Below, piece by piece: positions 29,033 through 43,000 of a stretch of DNA of 64,000 bases. The first letter of the stretch is position 1; each line of letters starts with the position of its first letter. The notes beneath the pieces were generated by a model. The model was not told the DNA's origin and did no database searches. It was given only the letters and a program-made list of their open reading frames with translations. The stretch is taken from the NCBI GenBank assembly GCA_964247055.1, contig OZ176055.1, forward strand, positions 372,001 through 436,000. Direction: 5' to 3'. The DNA is from Paragordius varius. Lineage: Eukaryota; Animalia; Nematomorpha. The position numbers and the translations under genes are program-made.

Positions 29033-29299
29033 CAGTAAAAACTTAAAATAAACGGACAAAACGTAAAAATATGAATACTAATATTCTTTTCTAAACGATA
29101 GTCATACTTTTTAAATCATGATTTTATTTTAACCCAATTCATTGTTTCAAATGGCAAAGTATAAAACACAAATCTATATTTTACCATTGTAACTAAAAAG
29201 CTATATATGAAAGATTAAGGTTTTAAAAAGTATGGTTATCTTTTAAATAAAAATATTTGTCTTTTTTATGTTTTGTCCGTATAATTTCAATTTTTACTG
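29033..29299. mobile_element. MITE family 1 copy
   Basis: ta|cagtaaaa...cggacaaaacgtaaaaatat ... ttttgtccgtataatttcaatttttactg|ta. Confidence 0.82.
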
Positions 29300-31277
29300 T
29301 AAAAGTACCCTTTATCATGATATGTTTTTCTCGTTTTAAGTTATGCCATTATAAAATACGCTTTAAATTAGTGATGTCCAACAAAGGCTTTGCGGGTTGC
29401 AATTTAAATTCTCCGGCCGTATTTAATATATATATATATGGGCATTTATTATAGATTTTTAGATTTCAAACATAAAAGTGTAGTATATAGCAAATTTTTA
29501 TAACTTTCTGCCAATTAAATAAATTAATTTATAAAATATTAATTTTGTTAGGTTTCATAACTCAAATTACTGCGCATTTTAGATATGCATATTATTAATA
29601 AATTTATAAAATCAAACATAAGACTTTAAAACGCAAACATAACACAAAAATTTTTTCTTGCACTTTTTAAATTGGATAGCCTTATGGCAAAAATTTGTTA
29701 GCAAATATCATTTTTAAGAATGTCCATTCGTGGGCCGTACACGGAGATCCGCATGTTGGACGCCCTTGATATCTAGATGATTGCATGTCAGAATAAAAAA
29801 AATTTGTTTTTGAAATATCGATATATTAAAAATCAAAATTTTGTACAACTGAGCATGATTTTAATTCCGATTAACGATGGTTACTTTAAAATTTTGCGCG
29901 GGGTGGGACTAAACATATGGGCTTATCCATAACAAGTCCTATCATGTCCTATCACCCACCATTTTATAATATATAATATATGAGACACTAAATTAAAATG
30001 AGACCACACATTTCCCGTAAATTTGCTCAAAGGACCTGATTTATTTTGAAAATTTTATACCTACAATAAAGAGGCACACTTTACGATTTTTAATTGTTAA
30101 TAAGAGCAATAACATATTTAATTCCTATTATATAAAAAAAATGGTTGACAAAAAACTATTTTGGGAACGTACAAATTAGACAAAAAGATTTATGATTAGA
30201 GCGACTAAACATGAGGGCTGATTCAAAAAGTGGTTCGACTATGTTTAACCTTTATAATAAACGTAGGTACAACATCTCAACTTTTTCAAAAATCAAAATA
30301 ACAATCCATAAACAATATTCCTGAACAAAAGAATAACTATGGACATTGATTTGAACATGTTTTTTTTAATTAAGACATATTTTATATATTGTATATAACA
30401 TTGAGTAGAAGCAAACTTTTTAAAATAAACAAATGCGCAAAGATTTCCCTTATAAACCATAAAAATCCTGATTTCAGATTATACTCATCTCATCGTTTAG
30501 AGGATCATTCAACCTGCAAAAAAGCTGAGTTTTATAATGTGCGAAAATTTTCCAATAAAATCTTGATAAAATTGATATTTCTTAAACATATTTTTAAGAT
30601 TAGTGTATCCAATCGGCAAAAACTAGAAAATTTTGCATTTTACTAATGTTTAGTACTCCCCATGTATATATTTCAAACTGTCACAGTTTTTGATTAAAAT
30701 GTGGTCTGCCAAGCTATTTGTGTTGAAAACACCTGAAAATAAGAGCACACCATTTTTCATATTTGCTAAAAAGCTACTTTGTACTTATGCCGATATGACA
30801 AAATGCTAATTTAAAAGCCATTTAGTTACCTCGTATGTGGTGAAATTTTTGACAACCAAGTTGAAATCCAATTACGCTTCACTTCATAAAGTATTTAGCG
30901 CTCTGTCAAAAGTCTGTTATCAAAAATAAATTTTATTAATCGGAGGAAAAATAAAAGTTATAAACTGAAGAGTTATTATGTTTAAAAAAAATTGACGGCT
31001 GTGAATTAACTGATTGTTCTATGAAGTGCTGTCATAGTAGCTAGAATTTTTTTCCAGAGAAATAGTTTTTTGCAATTTTAGCGCCGCATGCAATAAATCT
31101 ATTAATTAAAAAAACTAAATTAAGTTAATACTTATTAACGCATGTACATTATTTAAAGTAACTAGTAATGCATTTTTATCAATTTTAAATTTGAATTATA
31201 AGGTAATTTGGGAGATCAAGCCAAACAATACACTAAAAAGTATATTAACACAGTGCCACACAAAAAATAATCTAGAT

Positions 31278-32881
31278 CAGTTTCTTAAACTATGGATCGC
31301 GACCCCATTTGGGGTCGCGGTTGATAAAAATACAATTTAACAAATGTTTTTTTACTTGTAAAATTATTGTTATAAAAAATAACAATCATCGTAGATAAAT
31401 ATATCATAAAATCTTCTGTTTTGGAAGGACTGTTTATACCAGCATTTCTATTCCGATCATTAAACTATATATTTATGAAAATAGACAATGCTGGCTTTGT
31501 GATCTGTTTCCGGAAAACCGGTACCATTCAAATCCAAATGTCAAAAAATATAAGCATTAATGAATGCCCCGACAATAGCTTCGCCCTTTTTATGAATTAG
31601 GCTCCCAGTTCGGGCAGTCCACTCCGTTTAAAAAACGAGTTTTTTTGCAAATAAAAGTCCAGAAAAATCGTGTCTTTGAGACAATTTTTCCGAAAACGCA
31701 TTGTTAATATAATTATTTTTTTCGATTGCGCCGAACCTAGTCGGCTTATTTTTTTAATATAAGCTCTCTTTTTACTTGTTCCCCCCGTAAAATGCCATTT
31801 TTTTCAAAGAACTAAAAATTTTTTCCCAGGTATGAGACCATTCTGAGGATTCGACTTATTCTCAGTTAAAAGGCAAAAATTTTAGTATTGCATTAAATAT
31901 TGGCTGCTTGGTAAACAGATGGCCGCTAAAACTGCACCCCTATATGGAAATTGGGTTGTTCTGGAGCTAATTTACAGAAAATATATGAAGCCATATGAGC
32001 TCATTAAGAGCTCGAAATATCACCCGTTAAGGTCTTTTTTTATTAGCCGTTAATAGGGGGCCTTTAATGCCCTAAAACGCCATCATATAACAATTGTTTG
32101 GTGTTGATGTCTTTTTTCTAACCCATGAGACGATTATCATAGATGATTCCAAATATTTTCCCTAAAAAGGCAAATAATTCAGCGCATTTTTTTATTTAAG
32201 CCTATGAATAGGGGTCTACCGGTTTTAAACTGAGCATACAAAAATGGCGTACTTTTGGAGCTAATTTTAAATAACTTAAGAAGCCATACGATTTTAGTTA
32301 AACACATTTCTTGGGAATTTGTATAATATCATTCTTTCCTTAAAAGGGACTACAAATGTATTACTTTTTATCCCTTGATCCCAGCTGTATGAACACAACT
32401 TCAAATTAGACCTTTAACCATGATTTCACAAAACAAAATTTATAAAATAAATCCAGTGATAGTTGAATATTAATTTTTATAAGGGACAGATTAAATATGG
32501 TAAATTTCGAATAAACAATATTTCAGCATATGCAAAAACCCGTAAAAGAATAATTAAACACATTCTTTTTATCAAATATATTTATTATTATTTTTTTATC
32601 TCCATTAACTCTATTTATTGCAAATTATAAAGAATATTTATTGTAAGACTACCTCCCCACCGAAGCGTGACAGGGCCAGCTAGTATGTATATGAATCAAA
32701 AAATGTTATGGAAATTTATGAAAAAATATATATATATATTTTTGTCAATAAAACCGATTATTATCAATAAAATTTTTAGGTGTTTTTTCGAAGGAACTAT
32801 TATTTATCTTTTATATTTGTTGGGGTCGTTGAGAAATTCGCAATCATTGTGTCGTGAACTACAAAAGTTTAAGAAGCCCTG
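31278..32881. mobile_element. Non-autonomous Charlie/Buster-type hAT element (1604 bp)
   Basis: Perfect 8-bp TSD ATCTAGAT (31270-31277 and 32882-32889); TIRs CAGTTTCTTAAAC and (reverse complement) CAGGGCTTCTTAAAC; subterminal cgcgacccc-attt-ggggtcgcg palindrome. NTCTAGAN is the established Charlie target preference. Confidence 0.85.
31390..32683 (+). mobile_element. Possible Helitron-like insertion nested in the hAT element (5' end uncertain)
   Basis: The 3' end cccc-accgaagcgtgaca-ggg-ccagCTAG|t resembles a Helitron terminal hairpin plus CTAG inserted before T. The segment is less AT-rich than its flanks. The 5' TC terminus is not clearly identifiable. Confidence 0.4.
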
Positions 32882-34106
32882 ATCTAGATTGAAATAAATA
32901 TTTTGATAGATATGTGTATTAGGATCTCGTTTTGGTTTTGCGAGTAATATTAGAATTAATACCACTTTTGTGGTAAATTTTCATATTAAAAAATGGCAAA
33001 ATTTGCATTTTTTTAAATAAATTTTATTGGGAATAGCTAAAGGCTTAAAATTACCAAAACATATAACATATTAATAAAAAGCGAAATATTTGTCAAAAAA
33101 ATGAATATACTATTAGCTTTCAACAGCCTCAAAATCTTGTCTATACGAAAAGTGTCTTAATTACCATTTCCGGTATTGCGAGATAAGATTTTTGATTTAT
33201 GTTAACAAACAAAATAACGAAAGATATATCGAACAAATTGTATATTTTACTTAAAATTATATTTATGGCAATTTTGTTGAAGAGTACTTCCTACTGTTTT
33301 TAGGCATAATAACGGTAAATAAACATATTCGGTTATGTATTTGAAACATTTTTATTTATATTTGAGTATATTAAACATTTTTATCCTTTAATATTTATGA
33401 TCAGATTTGTGGCATTAATTATATATTTAAGTTGTGTTTTTGCAAAGCATTTATTATTTAAAACCAATCACCATTTTTAATCACTAATAAAATTTTGGAC
33501 TTTCGAAACACATTTAACTGATTTGTAAATGGAGTTAAGTTGTTTTTATAAATTTTTATATCACATTTTATCCTAAAAAACAAGCATACTTCACAAAATA
33601 TTATCAACATTTTTATACGCTTATAATTGTCCACAAAAATTATCTAGATGAAATTTATATATTCTAATAAGTATCATGATACCACGGTGGTCCTTTTGGT
33701 CCTGGCAAGTGATAACTTCTCTCAAAAAAAAATTTTCCTGTTTTTTTATACCACTAAAATATATCATAAACTAAATAAAATATCAGATTTTTAACGAATA
33801 TTAATTTTTAGATCTAAGCGCCAAAGTTTAAAATGAGAGTTTTTTTACCGTAAAAATTGAAAATATATATAACAACTACCAAAGCGTAATTTATACTATT
33901 TTAAGATCAAAACACTAAAAACGTATAAATATATAAACCTCTTTTATTCGAGGATGCAAAGTATGAAATACCCTCAACCAAGTTTTACCATAATTTATAT
34001 TTTAAGCAAAATATCCATCGCCAAAATCTAGCATATATATTTTATGCCTTTGTAAGAGAACTAACTCATTCAATAAGAGGTAAAATTATGAGTTTTGGAA
34101 ATCATA

Positions 34107-34389
34107 CAGTAAAAATTGAAATTATACGGACAAACGTAAAAATATAATGACAAATATTATTACAAAGGACAATCCTACTTTTTTCAACCTTAATTTTTAC
34201 TATGAAAATTATTTAATTACAATCGTAAAATACAAATAATGTGTTGCCAATATATATCTCTATTATGTACTTTGAGATTTTAAACAATGAGTTATATTTA
34301 AAAAAAATTAAGAATTATTGATAGTCTTTTAGAAAAAAATATTTGTCTTAATATTTTAAATTTTGTCCGTATAACTCCAATTTTTACTG
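34107..34389. mobile_element. MITE family 1 copy
   Basis: ta|cagtaaaaattgaaattatacggacaaacg ... ttttgtccgtataactccaatttttactg|ta. Confidence 0.85.
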
Positions 34390-35963
34390 TATTTAAAAAT
34401 AAAAATTTTATAAAAAAAACTGTCTTGCTATTTATATGTAGTTAATTTAATAATTTATTGAAATGTTTTAAAATAGGCAATTAGTATTACCCTAAAAATT
34501 TATTTAATAAATTGTGAGCAAATATGAATTATTTCTAATATAAAGCAGTTGCTACAAAAATGTAGATTAAAATCCTTAACGCTTCCTATCAGAATATATA
34601 TATATATATATATATTATCAAGATTTTAATCTCTGATTTCGGCCAAACCGAGGTTAACTGTATAAATAAATAGTACCAGATTATAAATAACATTTTCAAC
34701 TAATAAATTTTACTGGATATTGATAACTTTATATCGCGAGAATTTGTTAAATGGTAATCAACGAAAGTTTGTTTTGCGCTATGATCACAGCGCATATGAA
34801 GGCATATCTGAAAAGATCAATTAAGAGTTTATGGGTGTGAAATCAAAATATGGTATCAAAAAATGTGAGTTTATTAATCCATGTTATCATAAAATAATAT
34901 AATTGAAAGTTACCCACTAAATATCCATGTTGAAATAATATAAATATTTGTAGTAATTTACTATGTGGTACTGCGGAGCTCAGCATCTGATTATATTTTT
35001 TTTTGGGCCCCTATATTTATTTTAATAAGACTTTTATTAATAGAAATTTGGTTTAAATTTGTTTTGGTATTGCACACTAGGGTTAGCGGATGGCAAACAC
35101 ACTAAAAAATCAATTATTTTGTTGATGAGATATACCCAATGAACTGATAAAAATCTTTTTATATCTATCGGAATTTATTAGTGTGCAGCCTGTATAATAA
35201 TGATATACGAATGTAATATATTAATATTTTAAATACTGCTTTCGACTGACACACGTGTTCATAGCAATCAATGGTATATAACTAGGAAATTAAAGTATTT
35301 TCTATTAAGTTGAAAAAATTTATCAGAATTTATATTTAATTAACAGTTATGACCTGGGGTAGTGTTTACCACAGGTCCTTTTAAAATTTAAATATTTTTA
35401 AATATTTTTTATCACTCAACCAAATTTATATTTTAGCGGCATGATACATATATTTTTGCAAAAATTCTAAACTCAAACTTATCAATCGCCAATATCTTTA
35501 ATTTTCTAAATTGTAATACAACAAGCAAATAATTGTAGAGTATGGTAAAAATTTGTAAATTAACTTATGAGCCAAATTAATCACCACCAATTTTTTTGAT
35601 ATTTATTGATTCTCAAATCAGTGTTGAGCTAATTTAATTTGTGTCTCTGGAAGTTAAAATACTGTAAAATTTAAAGTTTTATTATCTATACAGAAGCACA
35701 AGGTTTAATAAATTATAACTTACTCTAAACAGAAGTTAATTGTATATTATTAAACATTGGGGAAGAAAAATACCCAAAATCATATGTGGACAAAATCAAA
35801 AAAATAAAGTTATAATTTTTTATCCAATTATAACTATTTATTTAGGCATCAAATTTTTTGGGGTTAATTAGCATAATAAGGTAGTACCATGTGGTGCACC
35901 ATTTGAATGTCATATGCTAATTCAAAAATTAAAAATGTCATAGTTTCTTTTTGTGGTCCATAA

Positions 35964-38787
35964 ATGACCCGACAATCAATTACATTGTTTAAAGATGCTC
36001 ATATTTTAAGAGACAATCAACTGGTAAAAGATGATTTGTGGGTTAGGAATGGTAAAATCATTAGTCCAGAATCTACTTTCTTCGAAGAAAAAATTTTACC
36101 TAATTACGTTTATTTTTGTAATGGCAAAATTATATCGCCAGGTTTCATAGATGTACAAATTAATGGTATAGTTTATGTTTTTTATTTTAAGGTGCATATG
36201 GGATAGATTTTTCTCAATTGAGCCCAGAAACCGCACAAGAGAACGTCGATTTTGTCGCCACAAATATTGTAAAACATGGAGTTACTTCCATTGTTCCAAC
36301 TATTATAACATCTCCAGCTGAATATTATCATAAAGTAAGATTTTTAAATAAAATATAAATTGTTTTAAAAATTTTATTTAAGTTATTTTATAATATACCA
36401 TTTACAGTTCAAATTCACCCTTTAACATTCTAACTCCTTGAACGATTCTCGAATTCAACCTAAAAATAAATTATGTGTTTTCGAACTAAGATAACTCATT
36501 AATATGAAATATATGTTTATGGCATACTTTATTATTTTTTCAGTATTATTTTAATTTAAAACAAAATTTTCTTTTGTTTAAAAATATATGAAAATATAGG
36601 TAATTTTTATTCTTAAAAAACATATAATTTATTTGAGGGGGAATTTGAATTGTTCAAGGGTAAGTCTGAATTGTTTGGGGGCGAATTCGAATTGTAAATG
36701 GTATATTTATTATTTGTTAGATTATCCCACAAATTACGAAAAGTCTTGACAATCATGATAAAGCCAATATTTTAGGTAAAAAATAATAAAATAATTCTAA
36801 ATATATATGTAAAATTAATCATTTTATTTCAAATTAATATTTCTAATACGTTTAAGAGGGGTAATTGTTATATACGCTGTATTTGTAATATTTATTTGAA
36901 ATTTTATGACCGTCTTTATTAAATAACTTGACTTAATTATGTCCTTTAACTGTTACGACTCTAACTAGTAAAAAGCCTTTATCCCCCCACAAAATAGAAT
37001 TTTTAATCACATTTTATTTTTATTTTTTTTATTCGCATTTGAGTTTTATATTTTACTCTTTGCCTAACTACAGTCATGTATCCTTTATTTTAAAAGAAAT
37101 TTAATTTTTTTGTTAAATGGGGGTATAAATATTTGGTAAAAAGAAAAAAAACATAATTACTTTCTATAGTATTAACAATATCATATTTATGATAAAAAAA
37201 TATAAGTATTACCATAGAGCTCTTGTTTTTTCCATTCCTTACCAAATATTTATATTATACCGAAAAATATTAAATTTTTGATAAAATAAAGGATACAAGA
37301 CTTTTAATGTAATTTTTATACTTATCACTAAACTTTTTTTTAAGGTTTACATTTAGAGGGCCCATTCATAAACCCCGAGAAAAAGGGAATTCATAATGAA
37401 CAATACATTGCTGTTAATCAGCTATCAGCAAATCAAAACACGCATAAAAACGAAAACAATCAGTTTATTTTTACGTTTGAACATTTTAAACGTATATATG
37501 GACGCAATTTTGATTTAACTAAACAAAAAGAAGAAAAAATAGAAAAAACCGCTATAACTGAGTTAAATTACAACAATATCACCAGTTTTTCAAACGCAAA
37601 ATCAAATGATGTTTCACATTCAATCGCTATTATAAGTCTGGCCCCTGAGCTGCCTGGCATGCCTGAAATCATACAAAAATTAACGCAAGAAAAGGGGATT
37701 GTAGTTTCACTTGGTTAAAACTCATTTATATCACTTTTTTATATTTCTAAAATTTTGGTATGAGTATTTGATGTAAAATAAGTGGAAAAAAAATTTTTTG
37801 TTTAAATTACGATTGTTAAATATCTCAAAAAAAGATATTAAATTTTTAAGTAATTTCCAAAACTTTGTTTTTTTCCAAAAAATTTCTCACTTTAACTTTT
37901 AAATATTGTTTTCAGCGTAGAATAAGTTCTTTTTTATTGAATGTTATCGGATAAATAACATAAAAAGTAAATTGACAGATTATACTTTTTTGAGCCATCC
38001 AATTTTATTATAGTTTGGGTTATTTATTAATGTAATGAAAAAAAACTAACTAAGATCCATTAAAAATTCAGTATTTATTTTGTTAAAATACTGTTATTTA
38101 CTCCCCTAAAAAATGATTTAAAATTCTTAGAACTAAGAACAATGTTATTTATAAATATATACTATTTGAAATTTTTAACCCATTTTTATTAAACTATTCT
38201 CTATTCTAGGTCATTCCATGGCAAATTTGGAACAAGGGCTTACAGCTCTTAAACATGGTGCCACTTTCATAACTCATCTCTTTAATGCTATGTTACCTGT
38301 AAAATTTAAATTTTTTTTAAAATAAAAATATAAATTTAATTTTTTTCCACATAAAAAATAGATAGGTTTGAAATGTAGAATATAGTATTAATATTTATAT
38401 AGAAAATTATATAAAGTAAAATTATACGGACAAAACGTTAAAATATAAAGACAAATTTTTATTTTCAAAAGAAAACGCCATACTTTTTTAAGCTTCATTT
38501 TTGTAAATATAATTCATTATTTCAATTGATTGCATATTATAGAATTGATATCTATATTGGTGACACACTATAAAATATATATTTTATAATTTTAATTATA
38601 TAATTTATATGAGAATTGAGGTTAAAAAGGTATGGTAGTCTTTTAGAAAAAAATATTTGTCTTCATCTAACGTTTTTGTCTGTTTATGCAACTTTGACTA
38701 TCTAAAGTTGTATAGTTACCAACACCTTTAAATATACTATCATCTATACTTCAAATACATCTAAAATAAGTTTTGTTTAATTGAATA

Positions 38788-38823
<36 letters not shown>

Positions 38824-40023
38824 TTGAAATATCCTCCTTTAAACTTAACGTAATACTCTGAAATAATAACAATAATTTATGTTATTAAAAAATGATTTGC
38901 TAATGTTGAATTATATTAGCTGCCCAAAAACACTTTATATTTAGAGTGATTTGAATTGTTCGGGGGTGAATTTGAATTGTTTAAGGATGAATTAAAATTT
39001 TAAATGGTATATTGCATTCAATTGTTAATTTTTTAAAGTTTTCATAAATTTTTTGCAAATACGAATGATTTTGTAAAATAATTAATATACATCCTAGTTT
39101 AAATTAGTGTTGGATTGAATATTAGTTTTTATTTTATTTATTCCCCTATAACAATCATTATACGGACTTATATATAGGCAGGGTAGGCAGAAAACATAAA
39201 AGATATGGTTGTCTTTATAGCATTTTAAATGACATATACCTTTTAAAACATTTTTCAAATTTATCTTTTTTTTAATAGTTTCACCATAGAGACCCAGGTT
39301 TAGTTGGTCTTTTAACTGCGGCCAACAATAGCTTAGATATAATGGGCATGAATAAGCATAAAACTTCAGAGGTTTTACCATTGTATTTTGGTATGATTAC
39401 TGATGGAATACATACGAATCCTGCTGCAATTAACATTGCACAACGAACGTATAATGAAGGTGAGTTTTTATGAAAAAATTTTAACTCATTAAACAAATGG
39501 TAAAAGGATAAAATTGTTAAAAAACTAGTTATTTTTATTTAAACTTGTATATATTACATAAATAATTTACATTTTAAAGATTTGGAATATATCGTATTTT
39601 TATTGCGAAAATCATATAGAAAAAGTACTTAATATATTTAAGGTATGTATGTTAAGTTCATTCTTTTTTTAAAAAAAATCGAGTTTTTTGTCAAAACACT
39701 ACTTTTAAAGTGAACCCCGTATTTTAATTTAAACCAAAATTTGCTTTAATCTTAAACATGAAAACATGATAATATGATTGAAAACTATATTATAAGCTAT
39801 ATTAATCTTTTTTTTCTTTTATTGTCAATAATAGGATTATGTATAATTACGGACGCAATTGTCACCATGGGCCTTGATGAAATAAATAAGAACAATCAGG
39901 ATTCACAAGAAGGACCTACGATGGAAAAGCTTTTAAAGCGGTAAAAAAAATATTTTTTAAAATTACATAATTTTTTGGATATCAACATTTTACATTTTCT
40001 ATCACAAATTATTTGAATTTCTG

Positions 40024-40065
<42 letters not shown>

Positions 40066-43000
40066 TTCACTATTCAAATTCACCCTTGAACATTCAGATT
40101 TACCCTTGAACAATTTTAATTCACCTTTATTAATTATGTGTCGTCTTTAAGATTAAAAATTACCACCAATATTTTTAGATATATATCTTTAAAAAATAAA
40201 TTTTGTTTAAAATTAAACAATACTCTGAAAAAATAATAAACTATGCGCCATAAAGATATATTTCATATTATTACTAATGAGTTATATTAGTTTGAAAACA
40301 CATAATTGTTTTTTATTTGAGGGTGAATTCGAATTGTTCAAGGGTGAATTTGTTCGAGGGTGAATTTGAATTGTTCAAGGGTAAAATATGAATTGTTCAA
40401 GGGTGAATTTGAATTGTTCAAGGGTAAAATATGAATTGTTCAAGGGTGAATTTGAATTGTTCAAGGGTAGATTTGAATTGTTCGAAGGTGAATTTGAATT
40501 GTTCAAGGGTGAATTTGAATTGTTCGAGGGTGAATATGAATTGTTTAAGGGTGAATTTGAATTGTTCAAGGGTGAATTTGAAATGTTCAAGGGTAAATTC
40601 GAATTGCTCGAGGGTTAATTTGAATTGTTTGAGGGTGAATTTGAATCCTTCAAGGGTAAAATATGAATTGTTCAAGGGTGAATTTGAATTGTAAATGATT
40701 TATAATTATATAAATTATAGGTATGAAAGTATGGATGAACAAATCCATTACACTTTTGGGGGCAAAGATATAATTTATGATGCGGCGCATAAAACCGCCC
40801 TCTCTAAACAACACACCATAGCTGGCGGGTAGTTTTTAAAGCTTTTTCTTGAAAAATTTATTGTTATATAGAAACATTTATTTGGATTACTAAAATATAT
40901 ATATATATATATATATATGTATTAAAAGTTATCTGCTATTTTAAACATTTTTACCTTTTGTTTTGTTTTGTCATATATATATTTAGTTAATTTATAGTGG
41001 TAAAATGGATATTTTTACTTATAAGTTTAACCTTAACCCTATCATTTTTAGTATGAAATCTAAATTTTCCAACATTATAAAAATTGATTGTTTAATACCT
41101 GGGGTATTCAACACACGGTCGACCCTTAAAATTATTTTTTGCAACCTGTGAGGAATTTTATATGCAAAATTTTACATTATATGTAAGTAAAAATTGTAAT
41201 GATACGGACAAACGTGAAAATATAAAGACAAATATTTTTTTAAAAAAGCAACCATACTTTAATTTTGATTTTTAATTTAACTCCAAAGTATAATATACAA
41301 ATGTAAATTGGTAACATGTTCAATTATGTCTCCATTGTAATTAATAAGTTTAATAGGATTAAAGTTTAAAAAAGTATGGTTGTCTTTTGAAAAAATTTGT
41401 CTTTATATTTTTACATTTTAATCCGTATAATTTCAATTTTTATTGCATAAGTAAATGGATTAAAACACACAATTTTCGAATTAATCTTTCGGAGTTTTTA
41501 ACAATTAACCCGCTAATAATGTTAAAATAAATAGAAAATTTTGACAGTTTTATGTTTGAAGTCCATTAAAAATATATGGTAATTCTTTACCAAAAAAGCC
41601 GACTACGAAGCCATTTGTATTAGATATCCCTGGTTTAAGTCTATATTTCTACGCAATTTTTAAATATTAAAAATTGGTTAAAAATATTTTTAAATTTTAT
41701 TTTATTAGCATGACACCGTTTGATGCCTGTGTTCGCACTTTTATAGAAGCTACAGGTTTTTTTTGTTTATATATATATTATTTACAATTTAAATTCACTC
41801 TTAAACAATTTAAAATCATCCTTGAACCAATTCGAATTCACCCTTGAACAATAAATTATGTAATTTTTAAGATTAAAAATTACCTTTATTTAGAAATAAA
41901 TATTTTTAAAATATGAAATATTGTTCATAATGTTATAATAAACTATGCCGTAAAAATATATTTCATATCAATAATAAGTTATATTATCCTGAAAACATAT
42001 AATTTATTTTTAGGGTGAATTTGAATTGTTCAAGGGTGAATTTGAATTGTAAATGATCATTTATCTATTCTCAAATATTTAGTGCAATAAAAATGCAATT
42101 ATGCAGACAAAAGGTAACACTATATTTTAGGAGAAATATTTTTTTCTAAAAGATAACCAACCATATTTTTTAATTCTTGTTTTTTCGAAATATAACTTTG
42201 TTTTCAAGTGCCAAACTTAAATTAGAGATATAAATTGGTAACACAAGCAATTATATATCAATTAAAGGATTTTTAAGAGAATAAATTAAGGTTTAAAATA
42301 GATAGTATGTTGTCTTTGGAAAAAATATTTATCTTTATAATTTTACGTTTTATCCATATAACCATTTTAATTTTTACTGTACATTTTTTTATTATGAAAA
42401 AAATGATTTAATTATCTTTGGTATATATGTTTAGGTTGTTCCATTGTTGAAGCTCTTAAATGCGCCACCCTACATCCAGCTCAGTTATTGGGTCTTTCCC
42501 ACAAAAAAGGTTTATAACTTATACTTAATATATATATATTAAATAAAATTATTGGGTATATTTTAATCCAAACAAGTAATATTTGTAATAAAAACCAAAT
42601 TTTAAGATAATTTTTTATATATATATGTAAAATAATTTTTTAATAATTTTCCAATAGCCGTAAAATGTTTTTGTATGCATGTATGTAATTATGATATGTA
42701 TTGCTACGATCGAGGTCTACTTTTTGTAATATTGTAAATAAAACACTTTTTAATAGGTTGCGATTTTTTAGTTTTAATGTTGAGTTCGCTAAGGTTGCAT
42801 GGGTTTCTAATAGAAAATTATTCATCTACCATATCCTTCTTGGGCGACCTTTTTTACGTGTACCATTAACCTACCAGCATCAAGGATTTTTACTCATAAT
42901 GTGGCTAAAGTAGGATAGTTGGGTGTGGATGGACATTTCAAGCATTGAATAGGGATTGATTTTGTTTAAAATTATTTTGTTAGTTATTTTATCCGCCCAC

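Noticed and set aside
4699-32882. Short AT-rich ORFs of 60-85 aa in the intergenic region (excluding the transposase ORFs)
   Set aside because: I/F/K/Y/N-biased translations of microsatellites and MITEs, mostly with TTG/GTG starts and no recognisable motifs.
40321-40697. CRISPR-like array or repeat-protein ORFs ([28 protein letters not shown])
   Set aside because: Direct 21-bp units with no spacers, in a eukaryotic intron and within a transposon arm. The ORFs in several frames on both strands are a by-product of the 3n period.
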